Shown: positions 38,500-53,214, numbered from the stretch's first letter. The stretch: 64,000 nt of DNA from Dicyema japonicum (GCA_011109175.1 RDEW01000012.1:76525-140524), one strand, 5' to 3'. Notes: generated from the sequence alone by a model not told the origin. Numbers and translations are program-made.

Positions 38500-39330
38500 T
38501 CATTTTAGTTATGTTTGAAATATCATTTTTTGAAGCCTTTTATTTATGTATTTTTTAATAAATTTGTTGTCACTTTCAAATTCCAACGATTCTAAATTAT
38601 CATAGGCTTGTTCAATTGTGAAGCCTGTAGTTTCAAAATTCTTAATAATATCTGCAATAGCGACATTATTCGGAAACCTGGAATGTTCGAATAGCTTCGG
38701 ATAAGGCCACATAGACTGCTAACTAACACGTGGTTTTTGAGACTTTCTTTAGCTGTTCGAACTAGATATCCATCATCCGCGAATGATTCGAAAATATTTT
38801 GAACTCCGATCAGATTTTATGAATAGTATGTAGCGGCCTTAAGCCAGGTCCCCCATCTTGTCAAATGCACACGAGGTGGAATGGCGATGTTTATGTCTTT
38901 GAATATTAGTTTTCTTCTATTGTTCTTGTTAATTGCTGCTTGTACAGTAGCTATCATCAAATCAATTTCCGGATAAGAGTCTCCTATTTTCTCACAACAG
39001 ATAATTTGAAGCATCCGAAATTAACAAAAGGAAATTTTCATTTTGAACCAAATTATTTCCAAGTGCAACGTCGACTATCTGAGTAATGATGTTATTGTTA
39101 GGAGCAGATTCTATCGCCTTAAACGATATCAGATATGTTGTTTCAGGAGAATTTAACGATCCAATAATCACAGCAACGTATCTTTGGCCCCGGATTTTTG
39201 TTTCATCCGTATTAGAAAAAACTTTTGATTGCTACAAAATAAAGTAAATTTTTATACACAAGTTTTTGTTGAATTAACAATTTTTGACCCATTATGATTT
39301 GATCCACACAGCTTCTAGCTTTTGATGGTG
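38500..39330 (-). mobile_element. hAT-like (DUF659-type) transposase fragment
   Basis: TDETKIRGQRYVAVIIGSL, CCEKI..Y..I..MIA.V.AAI.KN..R..F..I..PP...TRWGTWLKAA.YY; 26-nt intron-like segment at 39232-39257. Confidence 0.55.
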
Positions 39331-39426
39331 AGGGAACTCGTACAGAGCCTCTGTAAAACAATTCTCTAAGTCACGGCATAGATAGTTTGTTTAGTTAAAA
39401 TAATTTTAACCTTATAATTTAAACCT

Positions 39427-39478
39427 AATAATAATAGCCTTTTTCACGGAGCCGTGGTATTAGCTTTGCATAGGCAGT
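39427..39478 (-). mobile_element. SINE 3' fragment
   Basis: AATAATAATAGCCTTTTTCACGGAGCCGTGGTATTAGCT..GCATAGGCAG matches the copy at 51020. Confidence 0.8.
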
Positions 39479-39738
39479 CATTTTACTTATTTTTTTATTT
39501 ACTATTATTAAATTTTAACTTTTTAGCTTAGTTCGCCCTAATTATTGATATCGAAAATGTGTCAGTTCCGGAAAGCAACACCGGGAAAAGATGAGAATAT
39601 TGTTGAGAGAAGCAGAGATTACCTGATGATAATTTCCTTTTAATTACAGCTAATAGAATCCAGGAGAACAAACAACATCTCGAGTTTCCAGTTGAGGCAT
39701 AACATCCAGGCATAAGGAGTCTGGATGGGAAAAAGCAA

Positions 39739-39801
39739 ATGGTTCTTTTTGGTGTTTTTCTACACTGAGCGCCCCACAAAAGGTGAACCACATGACGCCA
39801 C
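39739..39801 (-). ncRNA. Nested-pseudoknot RNA motif, copy 3
   Basis: GUGGCGUC AU GUGGUUC ACC UUUUGU GG GGCGCU CA GUGU AGAAAA ACAC CAAAAA GAACCAU. Confidence 0.6.
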
Positions 39802-39899
39802 CTTAAAATTTCAATGGAATGGGTCAGGAATCAGTTAGTTTATTTTAACCCGTGGTCTTTTTTTTATAATTATTATTACCCTATATTTTCCGGATAAAT

Positions 39900-40100
39900 T
39901 TGATGAATTATCACTTCAAATCACGGAAAATAGTATCCGGGAGTACTCCGAGGACCACATCATCCAGATACCATATGTTTAAGGGCAAGCGCGGAAGTTT
40001 GGTGATTTTCTCTGTTGCAAAACAAAACAATAGGGGTCCAAGGGGATCTCCCTGTTGCACTTCAGAATATATTGCAGGACAAGCGTAATTATATTGTTTC
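39900..40100 (-). mobile_element. CRE-like RT core fragment
   Basis: VQQGDPLGPLLFC..NIWYLDDVVLG. Confidence 0.8.
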
Positions 40101-42224
40101 TTGCAAGACAAACCTAATTATATTTAAAGAGGTAGCAATTAAAAATTAATACAAATTTAATATTCGATATTTTTCGTATTAAAATATTGAAAAAAAAATC
40201 ATCGGAAATATAAAAGCGCCATGAGCGGATTGAACATGCTCGGATGTCCCCAACAAATATCAAATCTGTCAATTTTCCCACTGTAACACCACGACCATAA
40301 TTTGGTTTAACATTTTTTAAATAAAAAATGTTTATTAAGTCTATAATCAATGATGGACTATTTTTACTTAGTGAAATTCGAAAGATTTAAATCTCTCAAT
40401 TCGGCTCTGACCATTTATTGTATATTAGTTTTTGTTGGTACACAATGTTTATGATCAAATTTGATCCTGTCCGAAGCTTAGAATAATCTATACAAGTAAC
40501 AAAAAATTATTATTTCCTTATTTATGTTTTATTTAAAATGTTTTAATTTTATTAATTTTTATAATAATTGTTAAAATATTAAAATACATTTATAAAATCA
40601 ATTATTAAATTAATCCCTGAATATTAAATTATTAGAATGAAAGCTTATTGTTGGCAAATGATTGACGGAAAAATAGTTTTCAACCACAAACTAGCGCGAG
40701 AATTAGAAAAACTGAGAGTCCAATCCATTCAAACATTGACCCTTAAAATGAATCAAATCGCTTTCAAAAACCAATTTAAAAAAGATAAACTTCAAAAGTG
40801 TCACAAAGGCTAAATTTAAATTTAAATTTTAGGATTCTACAAAAAATTTGGGGCAGTGGGAAGTTTCTATGGCATCGGAGATTCCTGCACGTATTAGAAC
40901 TAACAAGAATTTGATATAATAAATTGTTAATGATTATAAATAAAATATGAATGANGGCATCGGAGATTCCTGCACGTATTAGAACTAACAAGAATTTGAT
41001 ATAATAAATTGTTAATGATTATCAATAAAATATGAATGATTATTTTGTTAATATTAACAACCCAAAATATCGTCATTGCACTTTAAAGGTTATTATCATG
41101 TTATGTGTGCCCTTATAATATTAACCCTGGACACGTACTATTTTTGTAAACCAATCAACCTCTTTCGTTTATATAATAATTTTGTTTTTTATGCTAATTC
41201 TATCATTTATGGTTTATTAAATTATATTCTTTATTCTATTACTTCTATGACTACCAACAAATAAATTAATAAAACTTATCAATGTTAGAACCACTCACAG
41301 GAAAAGTACCAACAATGCCCCAAGTCACAAAACTTTAAACAAACTCCCTTTATACTCAAATCAATTGGTACTCGTAGACGCAATGGACAAACGATGACTA
41401 TCTTTCCTTTCGTCGATTGGAAACCCATTTTCTCCTATCACGGATACAAAAATTTTCGCTTCGAACATTTCTTGTTTTTCATGCAAATAAAAAAGGATCT
41501 AAATTTAAATATCGATTTAATTAAAAATTGATTTTTTCAGATATCAACAAAGCATGGGTTTGGCCGCCAGAGAGACATCTGTACATAAATTCGAGAAACT
41601 ACTGGAGTTCGAATCAACATTACCGCTTCTGTCTAGTTGCTTGAATATGTGGTGGGAGAGTCTCTTGAAACAATGCTTTCTTGATTAAGTGTTGAGACCA
41701 CCTTCGACAATGATAAGGTCCGAAATGAATCTCTATTTAGCTTGTAGTAAAAAAATTTCAAACAAATCAGTGGATGTGTAATGGAGCAGTATATACCTAT
41801 TGACATCATACTTTTTTTTGCCAAATTAACCAAATGATGTTTTAGAACTGGGATAAATACCAAGGTCCCTTCGAACGGTACACGTTCAGTGCTGTTGAGA
41901 CAAGTGATAAGTCTTTGTTTTTCCTCAAAAGGTTGTATCGTCCAGTTACGCTTAAAAACCGTGAAATCTAGAGGTTCATTTGGTTTACCTCTATTGCTAT
42001 AGACAACGTGAGATAGAATAATTAGTAATTTTTTTTGTCTAAATAAAAATAATTTTTGACCCTTTAAAGCTCAAGATAACTACAACAAATATAATGGGGT
42101 CAATAATAGACAATGTTAAGATAAGGAAATTGTATAAAGCAGGCCCTACTTAACAATCAATATTAACAGTACTAATATTCTAGATTGAATGATTATAAAA
42201 AACCAAAAATGATAAAGTTATGAT

Positions 42225-42515
42225 CTAAATTGTAGGATTGGGTCTATTAGCAGTATTCCTTCGATGACTCGACTAAATATGAATAAAAAACTTCACTTCA
42301 TTCTCTCTCATCATTTCACGGAGAAAGGTTCGTTCTTCAATACTTAAACTATGATGATCAATGACAGTTAACTTGTGAATATATGTTCTAGGATCCTCCA
42401 TTGGGCCCTCAATAGCCGATTCGGTCAATTGATCATTATTGTAAGATAATCCCATAACTCTGAGTCTTTCAGCTCGCTCTAGACGCTCTTTCAGGCCAGG
42501 TGGAGGCTTAACCAT
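42225..42515 (-). CDS. Hypothetical 88-aa protein with one 24-nt intron
   Basis: MVKPPPGLKERLERAERLR..EMMRENE/SSHRRNTANRPNPTI*; GT-AG intron at 42273-42296 gives 267 nt in frame; no family recognised. Confidence 0.5.
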
Positions 42516-42658
42516 GAAAAGTACAAGATAGAACACAATTTAGTATATTGATTGAATATTCAAATTAAATTGATTTTAATAATCTAAAATAAAATTAATA
42601 AAATAATATTGTGACATAAAAATTATATTTCGCTTTTAGGCCAAATAAATTCTTATTT

Positions 42659-43975
42659 ATGAAGTTTTATGTCGGAATCAGCCACAAGAAATTCCTGAAA
42701 ACCAGCCCTTCCTCTACGACCACGAAGCCAAAAAGGTCTGCTTCAATATATTGCTTATCACATTCCGATATTTGGACTGAAATCAAAAATACAAAATCTT
42801 CCCTCTCCTGCGGTCCTGATTTTATTCCGGCTATTCTGCTCAACATCTTAGCCCAATTGGAATAGAAGCACTCTGAAACATCTTTAACTTTTCAATAAAC
42901 CATAACCAAATTCCAGACATTTGGAAACAGTCCCCACCTCACCTAATTGAACCAGTTCATTATTGAAGGCTTTTCTGCAAAACCACATCTAAAATCTGTT
43001 TTATGCTGTTTCGACTTACAAAAAGCCTTCGATCTGTATCCAGGAAAATTTTCACTTAAAAAATATTTAGACTATCCATCAACTCGAACATAAAATTATG
43101 GCTTTCAAATTTCCTCAGCGGAAGGGCGTGTTTGCTTGGATGGGATTCGATCAGTCTCAAGAATACTTCCAAATGGAGTTCCCCCTGTCTCCTGCCCTAT
43201 TCAACTTATACCTTTCCGACATTCCCAACCCAGTTATGGAAGACTCGATAATTCTCGCCTATGCTGATGACCAACTCATTATTTCACGTGATCAAGACTT
43301 CACGAATGCTTTAAAGAAGTACAAGAACTCTTGCTTCAAATTCAAACTTGGCTACATCAAAACCGGATAAACATATCTCCCGGAAAATCCTCCACCACTC
43401 TATTTACCTCGGACAAAAGGCTCGGAAGATGTACCGTGGATCTATTCCTGGACAACGAAAAAATCCCTTTTACGAAGAACCCTAAAATTCTGGGGGTCAC
43501 TTTTGATACCCACATGTGTTTTTCTGCCCATATTGAGAAGACCATTGGAACTTGTCAGAGGAAAATTGGTTTAATCAAAACCATATTTGTTTGAATAAAA
43601 AAGCCATTCCCTGCTCTCGGTATTCTCTATAAGCAATTCATCGAGCCGACTATCTGTTATGCCTGTGCAGCATGGGAATTAATCTCTCGTGGACCAACCG
43701 TCTTAAAGTTGATAACACCCTATGTCGAGCTGCGACTACCATAATGCACATCGCAAAGCTGAACAATATTCTATCCAGTCCCTTTGACCACCTTATCAAG
43801 CAAAACGGCAAGAGTTTTTTAACCTTAACCCTCCAGCAGGACCTGTCGTCGACAAACCGTCTGTGTCAAGCAGTTTCCAGAAGCACATTACCCCCAGTTG
43901 GTCTTCTCACAAATACAGTCCCCCGCCCGTACCGTTACTGTGTTGGGTCAAAAGTCCAACATCGGAGAAACTGAG
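42659..43975 (+). mobile_element. I/Ingi-like LINE RT fragment (paralog of 6890-7590 without the array)
   Basis: SCGPDFIP, LSPALFNLYLSDIP..AYADD, NRINISPGKSSTTLFTSDK..PKILGVTFD, LYKQFIEPT. Confidence 0.82.
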
Positions 43976-44746
43976 AAAGCTCATCAGGATTGTCGGGATC
44001 ACCTAATTAATTTCAAGAGATTAAATATTGGTGTTTTTGGGTTAATAATAATCATTAATAGGAACGCGACTACAGAGAACCAGTTATAAAGACGATGCGA
44101 ACTTGCGTGGGCTTTAGGGAGGAACATCGTGCCCATCTGAAGTCCTTCTTGGAGCGTAAGGGAATTAGTTCTGTGTTACTGTGGTCTTTGGATTTTTTCA
44201 TTATATTTGATTTCCAAATGGGATTACTCACTGTGTGTTACAAACAATAATAAACAAGGTGTCACCTGGTTCCCATATTTTCATCAAAATCAAATTGACT
44301 AACCTTTTTTCACTTTTCCTTCCGTAATGGATATAGATAGCCATGAGGTTTTTTATAATCTCTCTGGTTTTTTTTGTTTGCAACATTATATGTAATTTCA
44401 TTCCTACTTGTTTTTCTACAAATATAAATGGAATTCCAAACTAAGTATTGATAATCTTCCACGTATTAAAACTATCTCCTCATAAACGGATGTGCTTCCT
44501 GAGCTGTGATATTTTATGTTTTAGATGGTACTTAAATAATAAATTATAATGTAACCTCTCACAATCAAACTAGATAACTTTGTTATAATGTTCTCATAAA
44601 TATTACGACTCGTGGTCACTAAACGCAAAAGTAGATTATACAAAACAAGTTCTTTAGAGTTTCGTCGCGTGGCCCATGTGGTGCTTCGCGGCTAATTGGT
44701 GATATTTCTGTTTGTTCGTCTGTTCCTTCTCTTTTTTCCTATTAGA

Positions 44747-44811
44747 GTGGCGTCATGTGATCCACTTGTCTAGGTGGTGCCCAGTGCCAGGCCGGCATGA
44801 AAAAAAATCAT
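44747..44811 (+). ncRNA. Nested-pseudoknot RNA motif, copy 4 (orphan)
   Basis: GUGGCGUC AU GUGAUCC ACU UGUCUA GGU GGUGCC CA GUGCC AGGCC GGCA UGAAAAAA AAUCAU. Confidence 0.55.
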
Positions 44812-44989
44812 TTGCTCTCCCCCACTTTACTGGAGGGGTTTCCACAACTGCAAGTATGGACGTCTTACCCTTTATGCTGATTCCGGATGGACTCTGTAGA
44901 AGTGGAAACTGGATAAACTTAATTAGTTATTTACTTTAACTTCTTTCTCGGTGTAATTAATTTAGAGTTTCGTAAAGAACATATTTTAA

Positions 44990-45180
44990 CGTTCATCAAA
45001 ATTAACATTAAATGCTTTGCCGTTCTGCAAGAGTATCTTGAGAATCAGAATGCGCATTGGATGATACAGTACTTCAGGATATCAAAGATCACATGGTAAT
45101 TTTGGATGATGACATTGCGAAATATTTTCCGGATAAATTTGATGACGATTGGGTTCAAAATCCGTTCAAAGTTTAAGTAA
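44990..45180 (+). mobile_element. hAT (Buster/Charlie-like) transposase C-terminal fragment
   Basis: IKDHMVILDDDIAKYFPDKFDDDWVQNPF matches I..HL..L...F..YFP....W..NPF. Confidence 0.55.
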
Positions 45181-45970
45181 TACCAGCAAATCTAATCAAC
45201 TTCAAATCAGATATATAATAAATCCCTCGGATATAATTATAATCCAGAAAGAGAGGCATATGAAATTCTCTTCTTCCAAATGTCATACATAAAAGGTCGC
45301 TTAGTGTCACTTTATCTATACGTAGAACATGCCAAAACATTCAAGAGATTTATAACTTTCTTGTTTATCGATCCCGTTTGTCTAACTTGCAAATATTCTT
45401 TGGTTAGCGAATGCCTTCTATTTTTCTCAACTGATATCTGAGTATGCATCAAGTTTTGTCTACATTCTCCACATTTATTAGTTATAAAATAGAATTGGTT
45501 GTGCAAGCACATTATATAAATGCATCTGGTGATTCAAAGTGACTTTCTTCCAAATGCTACATCTTTTTATGTGCATGATAACATTTATTCGAGTGAAGGA
45601 AACCAGTGGCTAACAAGAACGTCACAACCTAGAGCAGACGCTCCCGGAGATCCGACAGGTGTATTTGGTTTTGTGCAGAATTCGGAGACGGAACAGGACA
45701 AAATAGGTTTCACTTGGTCACCAAGTCGTGGAGAAAACTGTCTACTTGTATAGCGAACAGTCCCAACTTACTACCAAACAAATACAATAGTTTTTTGGTA
45801 GTGGCTACCTGACGTTCCCAGATTTCTGTAAGATGGTAGTATAAGAAGCCATAAGGAAGTGTCAATTGTATCGACTATTATGTAGTCCAAGTTGATTGTC
45901 GATTTTTGTTTTGATGGTAAGTTTGAGGAACCTCATTAAATACTAACTAATTGTTTAGAAATATTTTTAA

Positions 45971-47171
<1,201 letters not shown>

Positions 47172-47619
47172 TATGCAAATATACAGATTATGAAAAAAGA
47201 GCTACGTGTAACTTTTAACACTTTTGATTATCTAATTTTTTATTTTTATTTAATCATTTTTTTTATTTTATTTTTTTAATTAATTAATATATATACAAAA
47301 TATTTTTGTTATTTCATTCTTTTGAAATAGTTTTTCAATTTTTCTTACGATTGAAAGAATTCTTACTGATTTATGGACCTTAGAAATGACATTGTTTTTT
47401 ATATGTAATAGAAATTGTTAATGATATTCATGACCTAATTAAAATTCAGTTCTTGGTATAATTTTAGGTTTTTTTCATATCTAAAAATTAAAGATTAAAT
47501 CATTATATGGGAGAAGTAATTGATTTGCAGTAACGGCCAAAAGTTTTATTCATTTTTAAATTAATAAAGGATTCTTTTTACTGTCTCTATTGTCTTATTC
47601 CTATTCTTTACCGACTTCT

Positions 47620-48430
47620 CCGTTCACTCTGGTAACTTTTAACTGCAAAAGACTTAACCTCACAAAAAACATCAACTGGCATGTGATTTAACGAAATACA
47701 ACATCTCTGTCTGCTGTCCACAAGAGACAAAAACAACTATACAATGTACAGAACTGTTTGGCAAATTCCACTTTTTTACTCTCTCATCGGCCAGCTGACA
47801 TTATGGTCTCGGATTTACAGTCCATCAGGACCTGATTCACTGTGCTACAAGAGTGTAGGCAGCATCTGATCGTGTTGCAGTGCTGCAAATCAAATGCGAA
47901 ATAAAATCAACTCAGTCATTTCCAATATAAATGTATATACCCCAACCGGAGCGCAAGTCTCCACAAATATCGAAGATCTGGAGGCATTTTACTCTACTCT
48001 CATGAGGGTATACAACTCGCTTTTGTCCTCTTATATTCTTCTTGTCGCCGGGGACTGGAACGCCAGGGCTGGGGAAACATGCATTAGAGCACAAAGAAGA
48101 AATCGTCTCAACCTTCCTGGAGAGTCACTGAAACAATTTTGCACGGCGTTCAATCTACTATTATGCAACACTTGTTTCAAGTACTCAGCAAGAAACAAGA
48201 CCACTTGAGTTGGCACCAGGAAAGACAAATCAGGCAACACAATCCGAATATACAGCCAGATTCACTATATTATCTGCAAAGAACATCAGAAAGCCCTCAT
48301 GCAAAATTCGAGGTCATTTGGTAGACTTGAAATTAGCAGCGATCACAAACTTGTCGCTCGGCTAATACTAAACAGAGTTCATGGAATACATGGAAAACGC
48401 AAAGGTATGCCTCAGTACGATACGACACGG
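47620..48430 (+). mobile_element. RTE-like LINE APE fragment
   Basis: TFNCKRLN..HQLACDLTKY..CCPQETK, HYGLGF, INVYTPT, GDWNAR, KYSARNKTT. Confidence 0.78.
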
Positions 48431-48689
48431 AGAGGCTACGTTACAAAGAATCTAATGTGTTCCTCATTTCTGACGTAGGCGTCATTCTGTCACATTTAAG
48501 AAGGATCCGGAGGCAATGGTTTTGTATGACCTCTAATTTGTTCTGCGTGGACAAGGGTGTAATCCACGCGACGCAATTGACATGAAAAAGATTATAATTT
48601 AAAAAAAATTTTCCCAGCTAAATCATAAATGAATTATAACAATACCGGTGTAATACAGCATCAGAAATAAGAAGCATAAAATTATCCCG

Positions 48690-49130
48690 TTCAACCATTA
48701 TCTTTCGGATCATCAACAATCTGTGCTATAATATTTTTCTTAGGTGAAGACTCAATTGGCTTGAATGAGATAAAATACGTAATTTTAGTTTGATTGATCC
48801 CATCAAAACCGCGACATATCGTTTGTTTCGGATTTGAGTTTCATCGGTTATCGCAAAATTTTTGTTCTCTAGAAAATAAAATTTGATGAAATACTTGAAT
48901 ATGCCCCTGAACGAAGCTATGTATTCATTTGTAATATATTTGGCACAGTTCTTTGCTTGCGATTGCGAAGAAAGGGAAATTTGGTTGCTTTTTAAAAGAT
49001 CAATGAACAAACGCAGTGATAATTTGTTAAATGGTATGGCACATTTCAGAATAGCCTTAGTCACCTTCAAATCCAAGTTTCCAACTTCAGATTCATTTAA
49101 TTTTTGTTGGCTAAATGTTGTCAAACGATC
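48690..49130 (-). mobile_element. Second hAT-like (DUF659-type) transposase fragment
   Basis: KVTKAILKCAIPFNKL..TDETQIRNKRYVAVLMGSI; 26-nt intron-like segment at 48869-48894. Confidence 0.55.
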
Positions 49131-49568
49131 TATCTATATCATCGAAAAATCCTTATCAACGGAAATTTTATGTTTATTGGACGACCTGTGAAGGTTAACA
49201 AATTGCTTTTTGAGCACTTTACTGTCGTTAAGCATAGTTTACAAAATAACTCATGGTTATCATTTAATTGAAATTCTTTTGGAAATTCGTTAACAATTAA
49301 TGTTGATTTAGTCAGAGAAGACTTAGAAATACAAAAAAACGTGTAAACTACATGTTGTTTAATATTTATTTAATAAAAAAATAATAATTTGTTGAAATAA
49401 TTTAAAAAAAGTAAAGTTAAAAAAATTTTATGCAGATGACATAGATTTTGTGTCAGAAAATGATCTGGAACTTGGACTTGCTTTAGAGAAAATCCCTAGA
49501 GAATTTATGAATTGGTCTCTGCGAGTTAATCAGGAAAAGATTGAACACATAAGAATCACAAGGGAATT

Positions 49569-51464
49569 AAGTCCGACCCCGAAAACAGGGGTTTAATAAA
49601 ACAGAGATTTTAAACATCAAAATCAATTTTAGAAAAATAATCAGTTAATTTATCCCCAGTTATCCTTTTGCTTCTTACATTTTTCATAAAATTAAGTCGA
49701 AAATCGTAAAATTCTTTGAGCATTTCAGGAGATATGTAAAAAAATTTTTTCTCTAACTGATCAAGAGAATCTTGCGTTTCTCTTAGAATTGTTTCCATGT
49801 CATTGTTTTCTAAACATTCGTCGTAAATATTATCAACGAATTCCTCACTTTCCCCATTCAATGTTTCGTTTAAGGCATTGTTGATCATTTCTTCTGTAAT
49901 GGTATCTTCAATTTTTACGGAATCACGAATCTTTTCAATTTGATTCCAACAATTAAATATTAAACTTGGATCAAGTTTTTCCCAGCTTTTAGAAATTAGC
50001 AGAATTACATGACGAAGGTTTATTTTGTTTATCAACCGTTTGAATTCATCATCATCCTCCTCAAAACACAAATACTGAATCTGATAATCTTTAAAAGTCT
50101 TGATAATTCCCATATCCAATGGTTGCAAATACGGTGTTTTGACAAAAATAAAAACTCAATATTTGAGCATTCTATAGTTTTATGACATCCCGAATTATCA
50201 AGTATTATTAATATTTTTCTGTTGATTGTATAAAATTTTTCGTTCACTCAAGTCAACCAGATCATGAAAATATTTCCAGTCATCCATGGATTTTTAGAGA
50301 GATGAATATGAAGTTTAAAAATCTTTCACATTGAAATTTTTGAGACATCGAGGGTTTTTAAATTTTGTAATAATCTATGGCTCAAGTTTTTCTCCCATAG
50401 AATTGCAACAAAGAAGTACAGTGACTCTTTCTTTTCCCTGTTTAAAGCCAAAAGTATCGTCATTTGATCCGACAAACGACTTTCATGGAGTCATTTTTAT
50501 ATAAAGAGCAGTTTCATCACAATTAAAAACATTTTGTCTTCCATATTGAATAATTTTCTAGTCAAGAATTTTAAAAAACTCATTGATGTAAGTCAAGTCA
50601 CATGAATTTTTTTCTCCACAAATTGATTTAAATTTCAGTTCATGTCGTTTTTTAAATCTGTCAAGCAAGCAGTTTGAAGCTTTGAAAGTATCAAATCCAA
50701 TTTTTGAAGCCGTATATAAGGCAATTTTCTTTATGAAAAGACCTGATATTGGAACCTTATCTTCGCGTAGTTTCTGAAATATTTCAAAAACTTGATCATC
50801 GAATTTAGATTTCTCACAATAAGGCATAGGATCCTCATCCGTGTTTACAGTTCCTTGTTCAAGAAAAGGTACAATTGTTTTTTTTATTCGCGAAATCATG
50901 CCTTTACTAGTTTTGTACTTTTTAATTATCTGTCTTTCAGATAATTTGTTCTTCAATATCAATTTAGATATCGTTAATTTTGTTTCGTAGTTGATAACCA
51001 TTCACAACAAAAAATGTAATAATAATAATAATAATAACAGCCTTTTTCACGGAGCCGTGGTATTAGCTCCGCATAGGCAGGACACACACTTTATTTAAGT
51101 AAAGAACAGTTAATTTTAACTAATCGTAGAACCAAGGAATGATCTTCACTTCTTTTTTTTTCTTTTTCTTGTGTGAGTGTCCTTTCTAGACAATCCAGTT
51201 CCGCAGTGAGTATTCACTGATGACGGCGTCACTCGTCAAACCACAAAAAAATGTAAATAAACGTGTAAATTAAAATTATATATTTATTAATAAAATATAA
51301 TTTTATTTACTTATAATTTCATTCCCCACAATTTTATAGTGCCCCAAAATTTCCATATTTTTTATCGATTTTCCATTTTACTCTGCCAAAATATTGGCCA
51401 AAAAAATGCCCCAAAATGCGGGGTGCCCCACCCCTGGGGTCTGCCCCAATTCGGGGTCGGACTG
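49569..51464 (-). mobile_element. pogo/Tigger-like DNA transposon (CENP-B HTH plus DDE_1 pseudogene, 49610-51001)
   Basis: TIR CAGTCCGACCCCGAA (right, reverse complement) versus AAGTCCGACCCCGAA (left), flanked by TA; FKASN..LDRFKKRH, FNCDET, LILDN..CH, QPLDMGII..FK. Confidence 0.85.
51020..51243 (-). mobile_element. 5'-truncated SINE copy inside the pogo
   Basis: Matches 29948-30165; flanked by AAAAAATGTAA on both sides. Confidence 0.88.
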
Positions 51465-52419
51465 TATATTGTGAAAATTGGAGGAAAAAATAAATTGGGA
51501 TCCTTACTTGGTGATAGTGAGGACATAATGTATAGAAGAGTTCTAGCCATTGCCATGTATAAGAAAATGCAGAAGATATGGAGTCGACAAAAACTAATAA
51601 AAACAAATTTAAGAATAAGACTATACAACGCATATATAAAGCCGATGCTTATGTACAACTCAGGTACATGGAGGTCACAGAGCTCACGAAAATGGATATA
51701 TTTCATCGAAAACAATTACGCAATTTAATGGGCCTAGGTTGGCACAAGAAGATTTCAAATAAGAAATTATAATCTGTGGCACAATCGAGGCCAATAAGCA
51801 TCGACATTATTGAATCAAGATGAGACTGTTTAAGCACGTGCTTAGAATAGACATAAACGCCCCTGTAAATATAATAATGGACAATTACTTTAACAATGAG
51901 AACAAACCATCGTTCAGAGGAAAACCCAGAGTCACTCTACCCGTGACTCTGAACAAGGATCTTAATGGAAGAAAACTTAAATCTGCAGAAGACCTAGAAG
52001 ATCTAAGGACAGATGCGCAAAGCATAGGGCGATGGAGATGCCTAGTGAAGCAGATTTTGAGACGTGTGGCACAAACGGGACCTTAGTTAATATAACGTTT
52101 TTTTTTTTTTTTAACCCCAAGAGCACCAAGAGAGAAAGAATTAACTTGCTAAATTAAGTAATCCCAGCCTCCAACATCTCCGCCAGTGAACCAACAGCGT
52201 TCTGAAGTGTCTAACGTTCTTTGGTTCTGTGAAATGCTTTTAATAATAATAATAAAATTTAACCTTACGATTTATTTTTTTAACTTTTTAATGTTTTTAA
52301 ATGTAAAGGGAGAACGTTTAAAAATAATGAAAAAACAGAATTTGTTTAATTTTAATATAAAATAAACAAATTAACTTTATCACCCCTACTCATGACTGAC
52401 GATGAAGCTTCCAATATTA

Positions 52420-52700
52420 GTAGTCCTGGCAGACTGTTTCTAATAATGCTGAACATTCAATTTTAATATTTTTTGAGTTTTTCCACAGCAAGTTTTCTTG
52501 CATCGCCAATTGGATATTTTCTTGAAAAATCAACATGCTTTGAATTAAAGTGTCTTTCCAGATTTGACTTTTTGTTCTGGTAGAATGTTTTTGGAAGGTG
52601 ATCTGAAATGATGGCAAAAGACTCAGTCCATTGAGGTTGAAAAAGACGTTTTCTATCCGTTTTTTACTTTTCTTCTTATTTATAGACATAATTGAAGAGC
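52420..52700 (-). mobile_element. hAT (SPIN/GTF2IRD2-like) transposase N-terminal fragment
   Basis: RKRLFQPQWTESFAII..NKKSNLERHFNSKHVDF across frameshifts. Confidence 0.55.
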
Positions 52701-52799
52701 CGCAAACAGAATTTGTGATTAAACGAGTAAGATTTTTAAAATTGCAAAAAATATGTAATAATTTTTTTGTTATAGACAATTATTTAACAAAGAAATCAA

Positions 52800-52930
52800 A
52801 TGTTAATTGAGGAAGCCTGCAGCGTGGATCGCGAACGAGTTTCCTCGGAGTTTGGCCATTCCAATCTTTTGTCTCAGCCAGAACCCTTCTTTTTGATCCC
52901 TTTTTTTCTAACAAGCATTCTTCCGAGTTC
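52800..52930 (-). mobile_element. CRE-like element extreme C-terminus
   Basis: DQKEGFWLRQKIGMAKLRGNSFAIHAA* parallels REAVWLRQRIGIAVIRGNAYSV at 13020-13100. Confidence 0.6.
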
Positions 52931-53214
52931 GCGCAAGAACCATTATGTAATAATAAAAATAACAATAACAATTAGGTTGTTACGAGCAATAATGTTTTCC
53001 ACAACAGCTGTTTGTCGAGAACAATAGGTTGCCTCGGTTATTGAAAGCACGCACTCCAGACTCGGTCGTGTCCACAGAGGTGGATGGGCTATTCTCTTGG
53101 AAGGGTTCAGGTCTAATTTTGGAGAAAAAATAAAAATGCCTGAGTTCAGAAAACTGATAACGCCCAAAAACGGCAACAATTACCAAATGAACATGATTCG
53201 AAGGGAGGCCTGAT

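Larger units (their letters stand above)
49430..52090 (+). mobile_element. RTE-like LINE 3' half split by a pogo insertion
   Basis: YADDIDFV..VNQEKIEHIRITRE (49430-49567) resumes at 51467 as CENWRK..KLGSLLGDSEDI..RLYNAYIKPML..FRGKPRVTLP. Confidence 0.85.

Noticed and set aside
40637-40930. Small plus-strand gene with a GC-AG intron
   Set aside because: Short, no recognisable motif, needs a non-canonical donor and lies beside an N-junction
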